The notes: generated from the sequence alone by a model not told the origin. A stretch of 64,000 nt of DNA from Bdellovibrio sp. (GCA_036677065.1 JAKFBS010000001.1:192001-256000), one strand, 5' to 3'. Shown: positions 21,137 to 33,533, numbered from the stretch's first letter. A program made the numbers and translations.

Positions 21137-21475
21137 ATGAATAAAGTATTAATGGGTTTAACTATGCTTTTTATGGTTCTAGCGACTTCATCGGCCCAGG
21201 CCGATTATTCTTCAATTCGCTGTGAGTTCAAAGAAGAAGGCTTGATGGAGGCCGTGTTTGGTAAATTTAAAAAAATACAAACTGAGTGCTGTATGAAGCG
21301 CCTTGAAGCCCACGAAGCCTGTGAAAGCCGTGAAGAATATCAAAAATGCAAAAATGGCGGAAAAGGCACGCTATATGCTGTTGATAGCGGCGTTGAGTGC
21401 TCAGAAGGTTGCAAACTTTTTCGTGAAGATTGCGATGATTTCATAAGCACTAAAGATGTTAATAAACATCTATAA
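21137..21475 (+). CDS. Small secreted Cys-rich protein (8 Cys)
   Basis: Signal peptide ending AQA; 8 Cys in the 90-aa mature part. Confidence 0.7.
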   Translation: MNKVLMGLTMLFMVLATSSAQADYSSIRCEFKEEGLMEAVFGKFKKIQTECCMKRLEAHEACESREEYQKCKNGGKGTLYAVDSGVECSEGCKLFREDCDDFISTKDVNKHL

Positions 21476-21500
21476 GTTAGTTGCGCGCTTTCAGCGCGAC

Positions 21501-22397
21501 TTACTCGACACCATCAAGGTTAGAAACTAATAACGAATCCAGATACAAACAGCCATCAGGGTTTGTATCTACTTTTAACATAGCTACAACGTCAGCGCCT
21601 TTGTTGATTTCAATAAAGGTTGTCGCTGTATCAGTTTTTGGTTCGCTACTAACGCTGACTTTAACTGATTGGCTTAAAGCTTTAGCTAAGCTCTTAGTAA
21701 TTTCTTTTAAATTTTCAGGACAAGAAATATCTGAATCACGTAAACCTAATTGAGGAATGTGATGACTCCACACCATGTGTGATAAAATGCTTAAATCTTT
21801 ATTTTGTAATTGGCTGACAATTTTTTCTAAATCAGCAGCCTTAGAACAGGTAAAGGCCGCATCTGCAGCGTAAGCATCAAGGTAAGCGCTTAAAGTTGAT
21901 TTTGAATCACAGCTAATCGGGCCAAAGTTAACCTCCCAAGCAGGAAGTTCGTCTTGGGCTTTTTTTAAGACCGCAATGGCTTGCGGTACTTTTTCGTTGC
22001 CGATGTTTTTGTAGCAAGTAGCAATATTAAAAACGATGTCGCTGTATTGGCCATCACTGTCTAATGATTTCGGATTTTCTAAAGCGAAACTGTAACTGGC
22101 GCAGCTTGCCACTTTAGACTGAAATTCAGTTTGTTTTTCAGTGCAGTCATCAAGCTTATCAATTTTATCAACTGAAGCCTGGCATTCGATCTGTAAAGAA
22201 GTTGAAATTTCTGCCGGAGCCTGAAAAGCGTCTTGGCCCTGAGCCGTTTCGCTTCCCATTGGCAGATTAATTTTGCCACCTAATAAAAACTTATATAAAA
22301 TCATGAAAATCAGCAAACCACCGAGTAAAAAAGTCAGCGGTAATACAAGTTTTTTGATCAATGGTCTGTCGTCACTAGATTGGTTTTTTTTATCCAT
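21501..22397 (-). CDS. Membrane-anchored Cys-containing hypothetical protein
   Basis: N-terminal TM; start overlaps the rho stop. Confidence 0.7.
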   Translation of the reverse strand: MDKKNQSSDDRPLIKKLVLPLTFLLGGLLIFMILYKFLLGGKINLPMGSETAQGQDAFQAPAEISTSLQIECQASVDKIDKLDDCTEKQTEFQSKVASCASYSFALENPKSLDSDGQYSDIVFNIATCYKNIGNEKVPQAIAVLKKAQDELPAWEVNFGPISCDSKSTLSAYLDAYAADAAFTCSKAADLEKIVSQLQNKDLSILSHMVWSHHIPQLGLRDSDISCPENLKEITKSLAKALSQSVKVSVSSEPKTDTATTFIEINKGADVVAMLKVDTNPDGCLYLDSLLVSNLDGVE

Positions 22398-24198
22398 TCA
22401 TACTCTTCAAGAAATCGGCGTTAGTTTTTGCTTTTTCGATTTTATCCATTAAGAATTCCATCGCATCTACAACATTCATTGGCGCTAATACTTTACGTAA
22501 AATCCAAAGACGAGATAAATCACCTTTATCAATTAGTAAATCTTCTTTACGCGTTCCTGATTTGTTGATGTCCATACAAGGGAAAATACGTTTTTCCATT
22601 AACTTACGGTCAAGTTGGATCTCTGAATTTCCAGTACCTTTGAATTCCTCAAAGATAACTTCATCCATACGTGAACCAGTATCAATTAAGGCTGTCGCGA
22701 TAATTGTTAATGAACCGCCCTCTTCGATATTTCTAGCTGCACCGAAGAAACGTTTTGGTTTATGCAAGGCATTTGAATCCACACCGCCCGATAAGATTTT
22801 TCCAGATGGTGGAACAACCGTATTGTAAGCACGAGCTAAACGAGTGATAGAATCTAATAGAATTACAACGTCATGTTTATGTTCAACAAGGCGTTTTGCT
22901 TTTTCTAAAACCATTTCAGCGATTTGTACGTGACGAGTTGGTGGTTCATCGAATGTAGATGAAACAACTTCGCCTTTTACCGTACGTTGCATATCAGTTA
23001 CCTCTTCCGGACGCTCATCGATTAATAAAACGATAAGTTTCACTTCAGGGTGATTAGTGCTGATCGCATTTGCGATATTTTGTAATAAAACTGTTTTACC
23101 AGTTTTAGGCGGGGCAACGATAAGACCACGTTGGCCTTTTCCGATCGGAGACATTAAATCCACAATACGAGTCGTCATTTCAGTTTGTTTATTTTCTAAC
23201 TTAAGCTGTTTGTTAGGATATAACGGCGTCAAATTATCGAATAAGATTTTATCTTTAGAAGCTTCTGGAGCTTCGTAATTTAAAGAATCAACTTTGATTA
23301 AAGCAAAATATCTTTCGCCTTCTTTAGGTACACGTACTGTTCCTGTAACATGATCGCCTGTTCTTAAACCGAACTTACGCATTTGTGACGGAGAAACATA
23401 GATGTCATCTGGACCTGGTAAATAATTGTAATCCGGAGAACGTAAGAAACCGTAACCATCTGGTAGAATTTCTAAAACGCCTGATCCGAAAATATCACCT
23501 AATCTAGCGCCACGTTTTAAAATTTCAAAAACCATATCTTGGCGGCGCATACCGGCTGCATTTTCGATTTTTAATTTAGAAGCTAAATCAGTTAACGCCT
23601 GGATGTTTTTTGATTTTAGATCTTTAGAGTTGAACCAGCTTTTTTCTTCGTCAGTTAAATTGATATCTGTGAAATCGATGTCTTCAACTGGTTGTTGTGA
23701 ATGCTGATGTTGCTGTTGTTGCATTTGTTGTTCGTCATCACGAGCACCCTGGCTGCCAGGACCACGGTTGTTGTCACGGTAGTTACTGCGTTGTTGATTT
23801 TGATTATTATAACGTCCGCCACCTTGGTTTTGACCGTGACGTCCGCCGCCTCCGCCACCACCACCTTGATTGCGGTTTTGGTTGTTATCAAATTTTCTGA
23901 ATTCGCGGCGAGGTTGTTGATGCTGGCCACCTTGTTGTTGCTGTGATTGTTGTTGTGGTGGTGCTGCTGTCGTAGTGCCAGTGTTTTCGCTTGCAGTGGC
24001 AGCTGGTGCTGCTGGTGCAGAGGCTTCTTGTGTTGTTGCTGCGGCTTGAGGAGCAGCAGCTTCAGGGGCTTTTGTCGGAGCAGAATCTACAGCTGGAGTT
24101 GGTTCGCTAGATCCAGCGTCACTTGCTGCATCGGTGCTAGTTTTTCTAAACTTTTTCTTAGTAGTAGTAGGTTCTATGACAACTTCTTTTTTAGCCAA
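22390..24198 (-). CDS. rho: Transcription termination factor Rho with a long disordered N-terminal extension
   Basis: [34 protein letters not shown] start with AGGAG SD. Confidence 0.98.
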   Translation of the reverse strand: MAKKEVVIEPTTTKKKFRKTSTDAASDAGSSEPTPAVDSAPTKAPEAAAPQAAATTQEASAPAAPAATASENTGTTTAAPPQQQSQQQQGGQHQQPRREFRKFDNNQNRNQGGGGGGGGRHGQNQGGGRYNNQNQQRSNYRDNNRGPGSQGARDDEQQMQQQQHQHSQQPVEDIDFTDINLTDEEKSWFNSKDLKSKNIQALTDLASKLKIENAAGMRRQDMVFEILKRGARLGDIFGSGVLEILPDGYGFLRSPDYNYLPGPDDIYVSPSQMRKFGLRTGDHVTGTVRVPKEGERYFALIKVDSLNYEAPEASKDKILFDNLTPLYPNKQLKLENKQTEMTTRIVDLMSPIGKGQRGLIVAPPKTGKTVLLQNIANAISTNHPEVKLIVLLIDERPEEVTDMQRTVKGEVVSSTFDEPPTRHVQIAEMVLEKAKRLVEHKHDVVILLDSITRLARAYNTVVPPSGKILSGGVDSNALHKPKRFFGAARNIEEGGSLTIIATALIDTGSRMDEVIFEEFKGTGNSEIQLDRKLMEKRIFPCMDINKSGTRKEDLLIDKGDLSRLWILRKVLAPMNVVDAMEFLMDKIEKAKTNADFLKSMNG

Positions 24199-24367
24199 TT
24201 TGGACTCCTGGAATGTGATTTTTGGATATTTGATTAAATGCGTTTAAATTAAATAAGAATTAATGGAAAAAATATGTGAATGTTTTTAAAATATCGCTGT
24301 GGGGCTAAATAAAGTCAATCAATTTGAAACACTCGCATTTTTTATCGTTTCAAAATGAGAATTACTC

Positions 24368-24395
24368 TAAATATTTCAAGTACTTAACCCGATAA
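24368..24395 (+). promoter_or_regulatory. Candidate sigma28 (FliA) promoter for the PilZ gene
   Basis: TAAA-N16-CCCGATAA versus consensus TAAA-N15-GCCGATAA. Confidence 0.45.
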
Positions 24396-24470
24396 AATCT
24401 TACAAGATATGCGGACCACCCGACCTTGAATTTTGGGGTCGAAACCACGTGTCTAAACAAGGAGTATCAA

Positions 24471-24833
24471 GTGGATACAATGACCCCATCACCTAGAACG
24501 CCGTTACATTTAGATGTAAGTTTTAGAAGAAGTTATGCCAGGCAGGATTCAGTCGCCGTGCTTAGAAATATTAGTTTGTCTGGAGCTTTTTTAGAATTAG
24601 CAAACCACGATTTACGTGTGGATGAAAAAATTAATTTAACGTTTGTTGTTGCACAACGTGAACGTAAAATCACAGCACAAATTGTTTGGAAAAATTCTTT
24701 GGGTGCGGGTGTAAAGTTCTTGCCACAAAATAATCGCGATGTGCAAATCGTTGATGATTTAATTTACTTCGTTGAAACAAAACGCATGGGCCATCGCGGT
24801 ATTTTAGATGGCATCTTAAAAAAGGCTGCGTAG
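24471..24833 (+). CDS. Stand-alone PilZ domain protein (Bd0064-like)
   Basis: NISLSG motif and GVKF strand; AAGGAG SD before GTG 24471. Confidence 0.85.
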   Translation: MDTMTPSPRTPLHLDVSFRRSYARQDSVAVLRNISLSGAFLELANHDLRVDEKINLTFVVAQRERKITAQIVWKNSLGAGVKFLPQNNRDVQIVDDLIYFVETKRMGHRGILDGILKKAA

Positions 24834-24863
24834 TTTTAATTTAGCGTAATTTATTTTAAAAAT

Positions 24864-24896
24864 AAAAAAGGCTTGGTGTTTAAACCAAGCCTTTTT
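24864..24896. terminator. Bidirectional terminator
   Basis: aaaaaaggcttggt...accaagccttttt between convergent genes. Confidence 0.85.
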
Positions 24897-24933
24897 CTTT
24901 TTGTGAATTTTAATTGTTAGATTAAAGTAAACG

Positions 24934-26469
24934 TTAAGTTCCTAAGCCTTCGCCGGCTTGAGCATCATTTGATCTGTAAGCTTGAGCTTTTTTACGTTTA
25001 ACCAGAACAAACGCTAAAGCACCGAATAATAAAACTCCAATACCTAACATTGTCATCATATCATCGCCACCTTCTGCAGCAACTTCTTCACCTTCCATCG
25101 CAGGAGCCTTACTAGGCTTCATTTCTTCTGGCGGAGGAGGCGGAGTAGCAGCAAATTGTGAATCATCTGGCGGCGGTGGCGGTGGCATCGCTGCATCTAA
25201 CGCTGGGTCTGTCGGAGGAGCCGTATTAGCAGCGAAAGCATCAGCTGGAGGTGGTGGAAGATCTGCTTGCGCCGGCGGCGGAGGAAGATCATTCATCGCT
25301 GGTTGCGGAGGAGGAGCTACTGCATCCATCGGAGGCGTTGGATTATTTTGTACGATATTTTGAACTGCAGCTTCAGGAGATTGCGGCACGTCAGCAGAAG
25401 CTGTCGTCGTCGGAGGAGTGATTGCAGCAGGTGATTTCCAGTATTTGAAAGTTTCACCTTCAGCTAATTTCGTTTTAGATTCGATCGCGTTTGTTGACCA
25501 AACTTCTTTCCAAGCATTGTCATAACCTAAAAGTTTTTTAGCAACTTTTCTTAAGTTATCACCTTTTTGTGCCACGTAAGTTTCAGGAATCATACCAGTG
25601 TCTTCAAAGTATGTGATCGTTTTAGAAGAATCAGTCGGGCGATTCGGAGAAACATAAGCGATTTTATCACCAGCGCGAGGAGAACGAGCTTTTAAGAATG
25701 AGTTAATTTTTTTAAGCTCTTTTGTTTTATCTGAACCGTAAATCGTTTGACTGATTTGTTTTAACGACTCTTTAGGATGAGCAATGTAAATTGTATTTAC
25801 GTAACCATCACCGAAAGCGTAAGGAACAGCGTCAGCAACTTTTTTTAATGAAGTTGTTCCGGCACCAGTTGGTTTAGCATCAGCTAAAACCGGAGTAGGT
25901 TCTGCAGGAGCTTCAATTGAAGCTGCCGGAGGAGCCATCGCCGTTGCCGGTGGATCTTGCGGCGTCTCAGTAGGAGTCTCGCTAGGCATTTCGTTCATCG
26001 CTGTTGATAAGCTGTCATCTGCAGGGGCTAAAGCATTCGGATCATCAAGACTTGTATCTTGAGGAGGCAAATCGCTGGCGGCTAAAGAATCTGCTGGAAC
26101 TTCAGCCGGCACATCAGAAGGCGGAGCATCTAAAGAGCTCTCATCTAATGTTGGGGCAGCTGCGATATCTGCAGGCGGAGGATCTTGCGGTACTGAATCC
26201 AGAGATAAATTATCATTCGATGCCGTTGCATCAGTAGATGTTTCACCTAAGGCCGCTTCTAACGAACTATCAGTTGATAAGTTTTCTGATGGAGCCGTGC
26301 CGTCTAAAGCTTGTGAACTACCATCATCTAATGACGGCTCTTCGGCTTCGATTTTATCGACATCTGCGTTTTCAACAAACTCAGCATCATCTTGAGCTTT
26401 GTTCGCTGTGCATGCAGAGAATTGTCCCATTAGGCCAAGTGTGGCTAAAACTAGTAACAGTTTTTTCAT
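24934..26469 (-). CDS. Pro/Asp-rich LysM-domain lipoprotein with a C-terminal TM helix
   Basis: Lipobox FSAC; LysM-like YVAQKGDNLRKVAKKLLG; poly-Pro linkers; C-terminal TM followed by KRKK. Confidence 0.8.
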   Translation of the reverse strand: MKKLLLVLATLGLMGQFSACTANKAQDDAEFVENADVDKIEAEEPSLDDGSSQALDGTAPSENLSTDSSLEAALGETSTDATASNDNLSLDSVPQDPPPADIAAAPTLDESSLDAPPSDVPAEVPADSLAASDLPPQDTSLDDPNALAPADDSLSTAMNEMPSETPTETPQDPPATAMAPPAASIEAPAEPTPVLADAKPTGAGTTSLKKVADAVPYAFGDGYVNTIYIAHPKESLKQISQTIYGSDKTKELKKINSFLKARSPRAGDKIAYVSPNRPTDSSKTITYFEDTGMIPETYVAQKGDNLRKVAKKLLGYDNAWKEVWSTNAIESKTKLAEGETFKYWKSPAAITPPTTTASADVPQSPEAAVQNIVQNNPTPPMDAVAPPPQPAMNDLPPPPAQADLPPPPADAFAANTAPPTDPALDAAMPPPPPPDDSQFAATPPPPPEEMKPSKAPAMEGEEVAAEGGDDMMTMLGIGVLLFGALAFVLVKRKKAQAYRSNDAQAGEGLGT

Positions 26470-26652
26470 AATTTATCCTCATCCTTGAAAATAATTGTGA
26501 CGTAAAGTCTTTACTTTCTTACCATATCATTACAACACACAGAATGTGTCGCAGCAAAGTAGATGTATTGATCAGACTTAAAGCTGGACTTGACGAAAGT
26601 TCTTGTTGAAAAACGAAATCACGACCTGCACAAGACTTTGGTCTCGAAATGG

Positions 26653-27117
26653 TTACTGAGTTCGAGGTAATCTTAACAAGTCCCCGATTTTAATACGATT
26701 TTTTGTAAACCAACCCTGATTCATCTCTAACGCGTACATTGCAGGCTTTGAACTTGGGTAAGATGGATAACTGGTTTGTAGCGAAGAAGTTGCTTTCATA
26801 TCTATAATGTCGATAATTTTTTTATTCTTACCGATGTAGGCAATACTTAAATCAAGATAGGTATTCTTCATCCAAAAACTTAAAGGTTGCTCGTTTTCAA
26901 AAATAAACAACATGCCACTATCAGCAGGCATTTTTTCGCGAAACATTAAGCCGTGTGCTTGCTGTTCTGGAGTTTTCGCGATTTCAACAGTGATTTTCTT
27001 TGCACCGATTTGTATTTGTTGTTTCGTGAATTTATATTTAGGCGTAGTTGCAAATGCTTGAAATGAAAAAATTAAACTAAGTATTAAAACGTTTTGCCAA
27101 TTCAAGTGCGACACCAT
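26653..27117 (-). CDS. DUF192 family protein
   Basis: GLMFR...GMLFIF...FWMKNT...YALE; start uncertain. Confidence 0.9.
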   Translation of the reverse strand: MVSHLNWQNVLILSLIFSFQAFATTPKYKFTKQQIQIGAKKITVEIAKTPEQQAHGLMFREKMPADSGMLFIFENEQPLSFWMKNTYLDLSIAYIGKNKKIIDIIDMKATSSLQTSYPSYPSSKPAMYALEMNQGWFTKNRIKIGDLLRLPRTQ

Positions 27118-27988
27118 AACGAACCCCTCGCGTTGAGACAGTTAACTTAGATAGGTTAAAAGCTTTTAGGGTTTCAAGTAAAGTGATAACGCCAACAATG
27201 ATCACATCAGCACGACCTTCGGGATAGCCGATTTGTATTTTTTCAGCTACAGACATGTTGGTTAGTTTGTCTAGCCAGGTCTGCAGGCCTTGCTCGGTCA
27301 GCTCGTAGCCATCAATTTTTGCGGCATCGAAATAACCGATTTCAACTTGAGCGATTGTTGTTGGGGTTCCGGCAACGGCCAGAATTTCGTTTGGAGAGTT
27401 CGGTGCTAATTTAATAATTTGTTGCAACTGCTGGCGAATAAATTCTTGCAGTGCTGTAATTTCATGTTGTGGTGTTGGTTGTGCAGAAATAAATTTTTCT
27501 GTTAAACGCACACAGCCGATATCTAAACTTTTTCCGGCAAGAATTTTTTGATCTTCACCGAAAATAAATTCAGTTGAGCCACCGCCGATATCCAAAACTA
27601 AGCGGGTGTTGTTTGAACTCATTCCAGAAACAGCTCCACGGTAAGTGATTTCGGCTTCTTTATCGCCGGGAATAATTTCTAGTGGAATATTTAAATCTTT
27701 GCAGATTTTAAAAAGTTCTTGTTGGTTTTCGGCATCACGTGCTGCTGAAGTGGCCATCGCTAAAACCGCTTGCGGTTTTTCGCGGTCTAAAGTTTTTCTA
27801 AAATTTGTGAGTGAGTTTTTTGCCCGCACAAGTGCGTCGGGGTGAAATTTTTTATTGGCAGATAAACCCTGGCCAAGCCTAACCATCTCGACTTCGTCAG
27901 AATAAATTTTTGTGATTTTCTGATTTTCAACTTCAGAAACAAGACACAAAAACGTATTTGAACCTAAATCAAGGCTGGCTAATTTCAT
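27077..27988 (-). CDS. ppx: Ppx/GppA phosphatase (short form)
   Basis: DLGSNT, ATSAARDA, DIGGGSTE. Confidence 0.9.
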   Translation of the reverse strand: MKLASLDLGSNTFLCLVSEVENQKITKIYSDEVEMVRLGQGLSANKKFHPDALVRAKNSLTNFRKTLDREKPQAVLAMATSAARDAENQQELFKICKDLNIPLEIIPGDKEAEITYRGAVSGMSSNNTRLVLDIGGGSTEFIFGEDQKILAGKSLDIGCVRLTEKFISAQPTPQHEITALQEFIRQQLQQIIKLAPNSPNEILAVAGTPTTIAQVEIGYFDAAKIDGYELTEQGLQTWLDKLTNMSVAEKIQIGYPEGRADVIIVGVITLLETLKAFNLSKLTVSTRGVRYGVALELAKRFNT

Positions 27989-29448
27989 TATTCACTCAAC
28001 TTCTTCATTAAAATTTCATTCACAATGGCAGGATTGGCTTTACCTTTTGAGGCCCTCATAATCGCGCCGACAAAAAATCCGATCACTTTATCTTTGCCAG
28101 CTTTAAACTCTGCAACTTGGCTGGGATTTGCGGCAACGACTTCGGCTACGATTTTTTCAATTTCGCCTACGTCTGAAACTTGCACTAAACCTTTTGCTTT
28201 GATGATGTCAGCGGCAGTTGAACCTGTGTCCCACATTTCTTTAAAAACGATTTTCGCAATTTTTCCAGAAATTGTTCCCTGATCTATTTGTTTAATCAAG
28301 CCAGCAAAGTTTTGTGCAGAAACTTTTGAATTGTGCGCAGTTAGTTTAGACTCGTTCAATTCACGTAATAGTTCAGAGATAATCCAGTTCGCCGCAGCTT
28401 TGTAATTGCCACAGGCTTTGCCGCAAGCTTCGAAATAATCTGACAGGTCACGTTCTTCAGTTAATAAATTTGCATCACTGGTTGATAGCTGTAAGTCTTT
28501 AACAAAGCGAGCGGCCCGTTGCAGAGGTAATTCTGGCAGTGATTTTTTAACTAAGGCTAATTGTTCATCCGTAACAATAACGGGTAAAATATCTGGATCT
28601 GGAAAATACCTGTAATCTTGCGCGTCTTCTTTTACACGCATCGTGAACGTGCGGTTTTTATCTGGATCATACAATCTAGTTTCTTGCACAATTTTTTCTG
28701 AATTTTCGATCGCATCAATCTGGCGGTGAATTTCGTATTCAACAGCTTTTTCCACAAAACGAAATGAATTGATATTTTTTAATTCTACTTTAGTGCCGAA
28801 TTTTGTTTCGCCCACTTTGCGAACCGAAACGTTACAATCACAACGAAGCGAACCTTCTTCTAAGTTGCCATCACACACATCTAAGTAACGAACTACTGAG
28901 CGAATAGTACGACAGTATTCAGCCGCTTCTTGTGGTGAATGCATTTCTGGTTCAGAGACGATTTCAAGTAATGGAATACCTGCGCGGTTATAATTAATTA
29001 AAGTGTACTGGCCAAAGTGAGTCGATTTACCCGCGTCTTCTTCCAAGTGCGCGCGGGTAATGCCTACAGTTTTGGTTTTACCTTCAACTTCAAATTGGAT
29101 CGAACCTTTTTCACAAATAGGTTCGTCGTATTGAGATATTTGATAACCTTTAGGCAGATCTGGATAAAAATAATTTTTACGCGAGAAAACTGATTTCTTA
29201 CGGATATTACAACCTAAAGCTAAGCCAGTACGAATCGCATACTCGACCGCTTTTTTATTTAACACCGGCAATGTGCCTGGCATGCCGACGCTGACTGGGG
29301 ATGTGTTTTCATTATCTGCAGAATCAAAATTTGTAGCGTCAGAAGAAAATATTTTTGATTCGGTTTTAAGTTGCACGTGCACTTCAATACCGATGATGGC
29401 TTCAAAACCGCGGTAGGAAACTATAGTAGCAGTATTATTAGTAGACAC
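27988..29448 (-). CDS. gatB: Asp/Glu-tRNA amidotransferase subunit B
   Basis: IGIEVHVQL, RKNYFYPDLPKGYQISQ. Confidence 0.98.
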   Translation of the reverse strand: MSTNNTATIVSYRGFEAIIGIEVHVQLKTESKIFSSDATNFDSADNENTSPVSVGMPGTLPVLNKKAVEYAIRTGLALGCNIRKKSVFSRKNYFYPDLPKGYQISQYDEPICEKGSIQFEVEGKTKTVGITRAHLEEDAGKSTHFGQYTLINYNRAGIPLLEIVSEPEMHSPQEAAEYCRTIRSVVRYLDVCDGNLEEGSLRCDCNVSVRKVGETKFGTKVELKNINSFRFVEKAVEYEIHRQIDAIENSEKIVQETRLYDPDKNRTFTMRVKEDAQDYRYFPDPDILPVIVTDEQLALVKKSLPELPLQRAARFVKDLQLSTSDANLLTEERDLSDYFEACGKACGNYKAAANWIISELLRELNESKLTAHNSKVSAQNFAGLIKQIDQGTISGKIAKIVFKEMWDTGSTAADIIKAKGLVQVSDVGEIEKIVAEVVAANPSQVAEFKAGKDKVIGFFVGAIMRASKGKANPAIVNEILMKKLSE

Positions 29449-30913
29449 TTGGAGTTTTTCCTTTCACCGGAGAATTTTGCTCTAAAGCGTAAGCTACGTT
29501 TAGAATTTTTTGCTCTTGAAAATGATGCCCGGTTAATTGGATGCCGATCGGTAACCCTTCGCTGGTTAAACCAAACGGCACACTCATGCCAGGTAAACCG
29601 GCTAGATTTGTAGAAGTTGTGAAAATATCGTTCATGTACATTTTTAATGGGTCATAAACGCGTGTTCCGATTTTAAATGCAGGTGTTGTCGACACCGGAG
29701 AAATAATCGCATCACACTTAGCAAAAGCTTCATCGTACTGATTGCGTAAAAGCCGACGCACCTGGCAGGCTTTGTTGTAGTAAGCATCAAAGTATCCTGA
29801 TGATAAACAAAACGTGCCTAAGATAATTCGGCGTTTAACTTCTTTACCAAAACCTTCAGCGCGTGTTTGGGCATAGAATTCATCAAGCGGTAAACCGGAT
29901 AAGTCTTTAAAGTCTGAACGGTAGCCGTATTTCACACCATCATAGCGTGCTAAATTTGACGACGCTTCTGAAGCAGAAATTAAATAATACATTGATACGG
30001 CATATTTAGTTAACGGGATTGAAACTTCAACGAATTCTGCACCTAGTGATTTTAAAGTCTCTAATGCTTGTTCGTAAGTTTTGCGAATGTCAGGGTGAAC
30101 TAATTCTGAATTGTGATATTCTTTCACGATTCCGATTTTTTTACCCTTCATGTCTGCAGATAAATTTTTACTGAAAGCTTCAACGGGTTTTGCAGATGTT
30201 GTTCCGTCTAATTCATCTTGGCCTGCAATGACTTCTAGGGTAAGTGCGGCATCTTGTACAGATGACACCATTGGGCCAGCTTGATCAAGTGAAGAAGCAA
30301 ATGCAACAATTCCATAACGGCTTACGCGACCATAAGTTGGTTTAATACCAACAACCCCACAAAAATTTGAAGGCTGGCGAATTGATCCCCCGGTGTCAGA
30401 GCCGATAGTGCCCATGACTAAACGCGCTGCTTGTGCGCTGGCAGAGCCACCACTTGAACCACCCGGAACGTATTCTGGATTCCACGGATTTTTACAAACG
30501 CCATGAAAAGAGCTTTCGTTACTTGAACCCATCGCAAATTCATCTAGATTTAACTTTCCAACGATTGTCGCGCCTGCATTTTTTAAACGCGCAACCACTG
30601 TTGAATCGTACGGAGGTATAAAACCAGTTAATATTTTAGATGCGGCCGTAGTTTCGATGCCTTTGGTGCATAATAAATCTTTAATTCCAAACGGCACACC
30701 CGCTAATACGCCAACATTTTCACCTTTGGCAATTTTTTGATCGATGACTTCTGCTTGTTTTACGCAGTCAGGATTAAATTTAATAAAAGCATTAAGCGAG
30801 GGATTTAGTTTTTCAGCGCGGCTTAAAAAATATTTTGTCACTTCAACTGCTGAAATTTTTTTATCAGCAATCGCTTTACGTGTTTCTGACATTGAGGCTG
30901 TTAATAAATCCAT
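29438..30913 (-). CDS. gatA: Asp/Glu-tRNA amidotransferase subunit A
   Basis: Amidase signature GGSSGGS, GSDTGGSIRQP. Confidence 0.98.
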   Translation of the reverse strand: MDLLTASMSETRKAIADKKISAVEVTKYFLSRAEKLNPSLNAFIKFNPDCVKQAEVIDQKIAKGENVGVLAGVPFGIKDLLCTKGIETTAASKILTGFIPPYDSTVVARLKNAGATIVGKLNLDEFAMGSSNESSFHGVCKNPWNPEYVPGGSSGGSASAQAARLVMGTIGSDTGGSIRQPSNFCGVVGIKPTYGRVSRYGIVAFASSLDQAGPMVSSVQDAALTLEVIAGQDELDGTTSAKPVEAFSKNLSADMKGKKIGIVKEYHNSELVHPDIRKTYEQALETLKSLGAEFVEVSIPLTKYAVSMYYLISASEASSNLARYDGVKYGYRSDFKDLSGLPLDEFYAQTRAEGFGKEVKRRIILGTFCLSSGYFDAYYNKACQVRRLLRNQYDEAFAKCDAIISPVSTTPAFKIGTRVYDPLKMYMNDIFTTSTNLAGLPGMSVPFGLTSEGLPIGIQLTGHHFQEQKILNVAYALEQNSPVKGKTPSVY

Positions 30914-30915
30914 GA

Positions 30916-31209
30916 TTAGACCACCGGCGGAACTTTAAAAAGGTTACCCTGTTTTTCAGGAGCGTTGGCCACCATGTCTTCAGCTTTGTAATCTTGTTTT
31001 GCAACATCTTCGCGTGTTGAATATTCGATTTCAGATGGCGTGATCAAAGGCTCGATGCCTTGAGTGTCGATATTTGAAATTTCATCAAAGTGTATAATAA
31101 TTTTTGAAAGTTGTTCGCTGAATTCATTCGCCTCTTCTGGTGACAGTCGAAGTCGGGCTAAATTAGCTATTTTTTGAATCACATCTTTATTAAATTTATC
31201 TGAAGACAC
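30916..31209 (-). CDS. gatC: Asp/Glu-tRNA amidotransferase subunit C
   Basis: IANLARL...NAPE...FKVPPVV; GTG start at 31209 with AAGGA SD. Confidence 0.92.
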   Translation of the reverse strand: MSSDKFNKDVIQKIANLARLRLSPEEANEFSEQLSKIIIHFDEISNIDTQGIEPLITPSEIEYSTREDVAKQDYKAEDMVANAPEKQGNLFKVPPVV

Positions 31210-31266
31210 GGGCCATCCTTTGTCGAAAAACAATATAGCGAAAACAGCCTTGTTATGGTAGCGTAA

Positions 31267-33280
<2,014 letters not shown>

Positions 33281-33282
<2 letters not shown>

Positions 33283-33310
33283 AAAAGCCGAAGTAAACTT
33301 CGGCATTTTT
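33281..33310. terminator. Bidirectional terminator between ligA and the histone gene
   Basis: aaaaaagccgaag-taaa-cttcggcattttt. Confidence 0.8.
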
Positions 33311-33335
33311 ATATTCTTAAAATGTAAGAATTAAA

Positions 33336-33533
33336 CTAGATATGGTCGATAACAATATCACGAGCCATAACTGTTTTGCGGCCATCAGCTTTAGCTGATT
33401 CAATGCCTTTTGCACAAAGACGTTCAACGGCTTTAGTTAACATGTCGATTGTTTCGGCAGAGGTATTCATTTGGCCTTTTTCTTTGATGTATTTTTTTAC
33501 TTTGCTTGTAACCACTAAGATATCGTCAGACAT
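33336..33533 (-). CDS. Bacterial histone-fold protein (Bd0055-like singlet)
   Basis: LVVTSKVKKYIKEKGQMNTSAE...AKADGRKTVMARD; histone RKTV..D L2 motif; GGAGG SD. Confidence 0.93.
   Translation of the reverse strand: MSDDILVVTSKVKKYIKEKGQMNTSAETIDMLTKAVERLCAKGIESAKADGRKTVMARDIVIDHI

Noticed and set aside
23655..24237. Alternative-frame ORFs and apparent triplet repeats
   Set aside because: These come from the low-complexity Rho N-terminal coding sequence; not a repeat array or CRISPR
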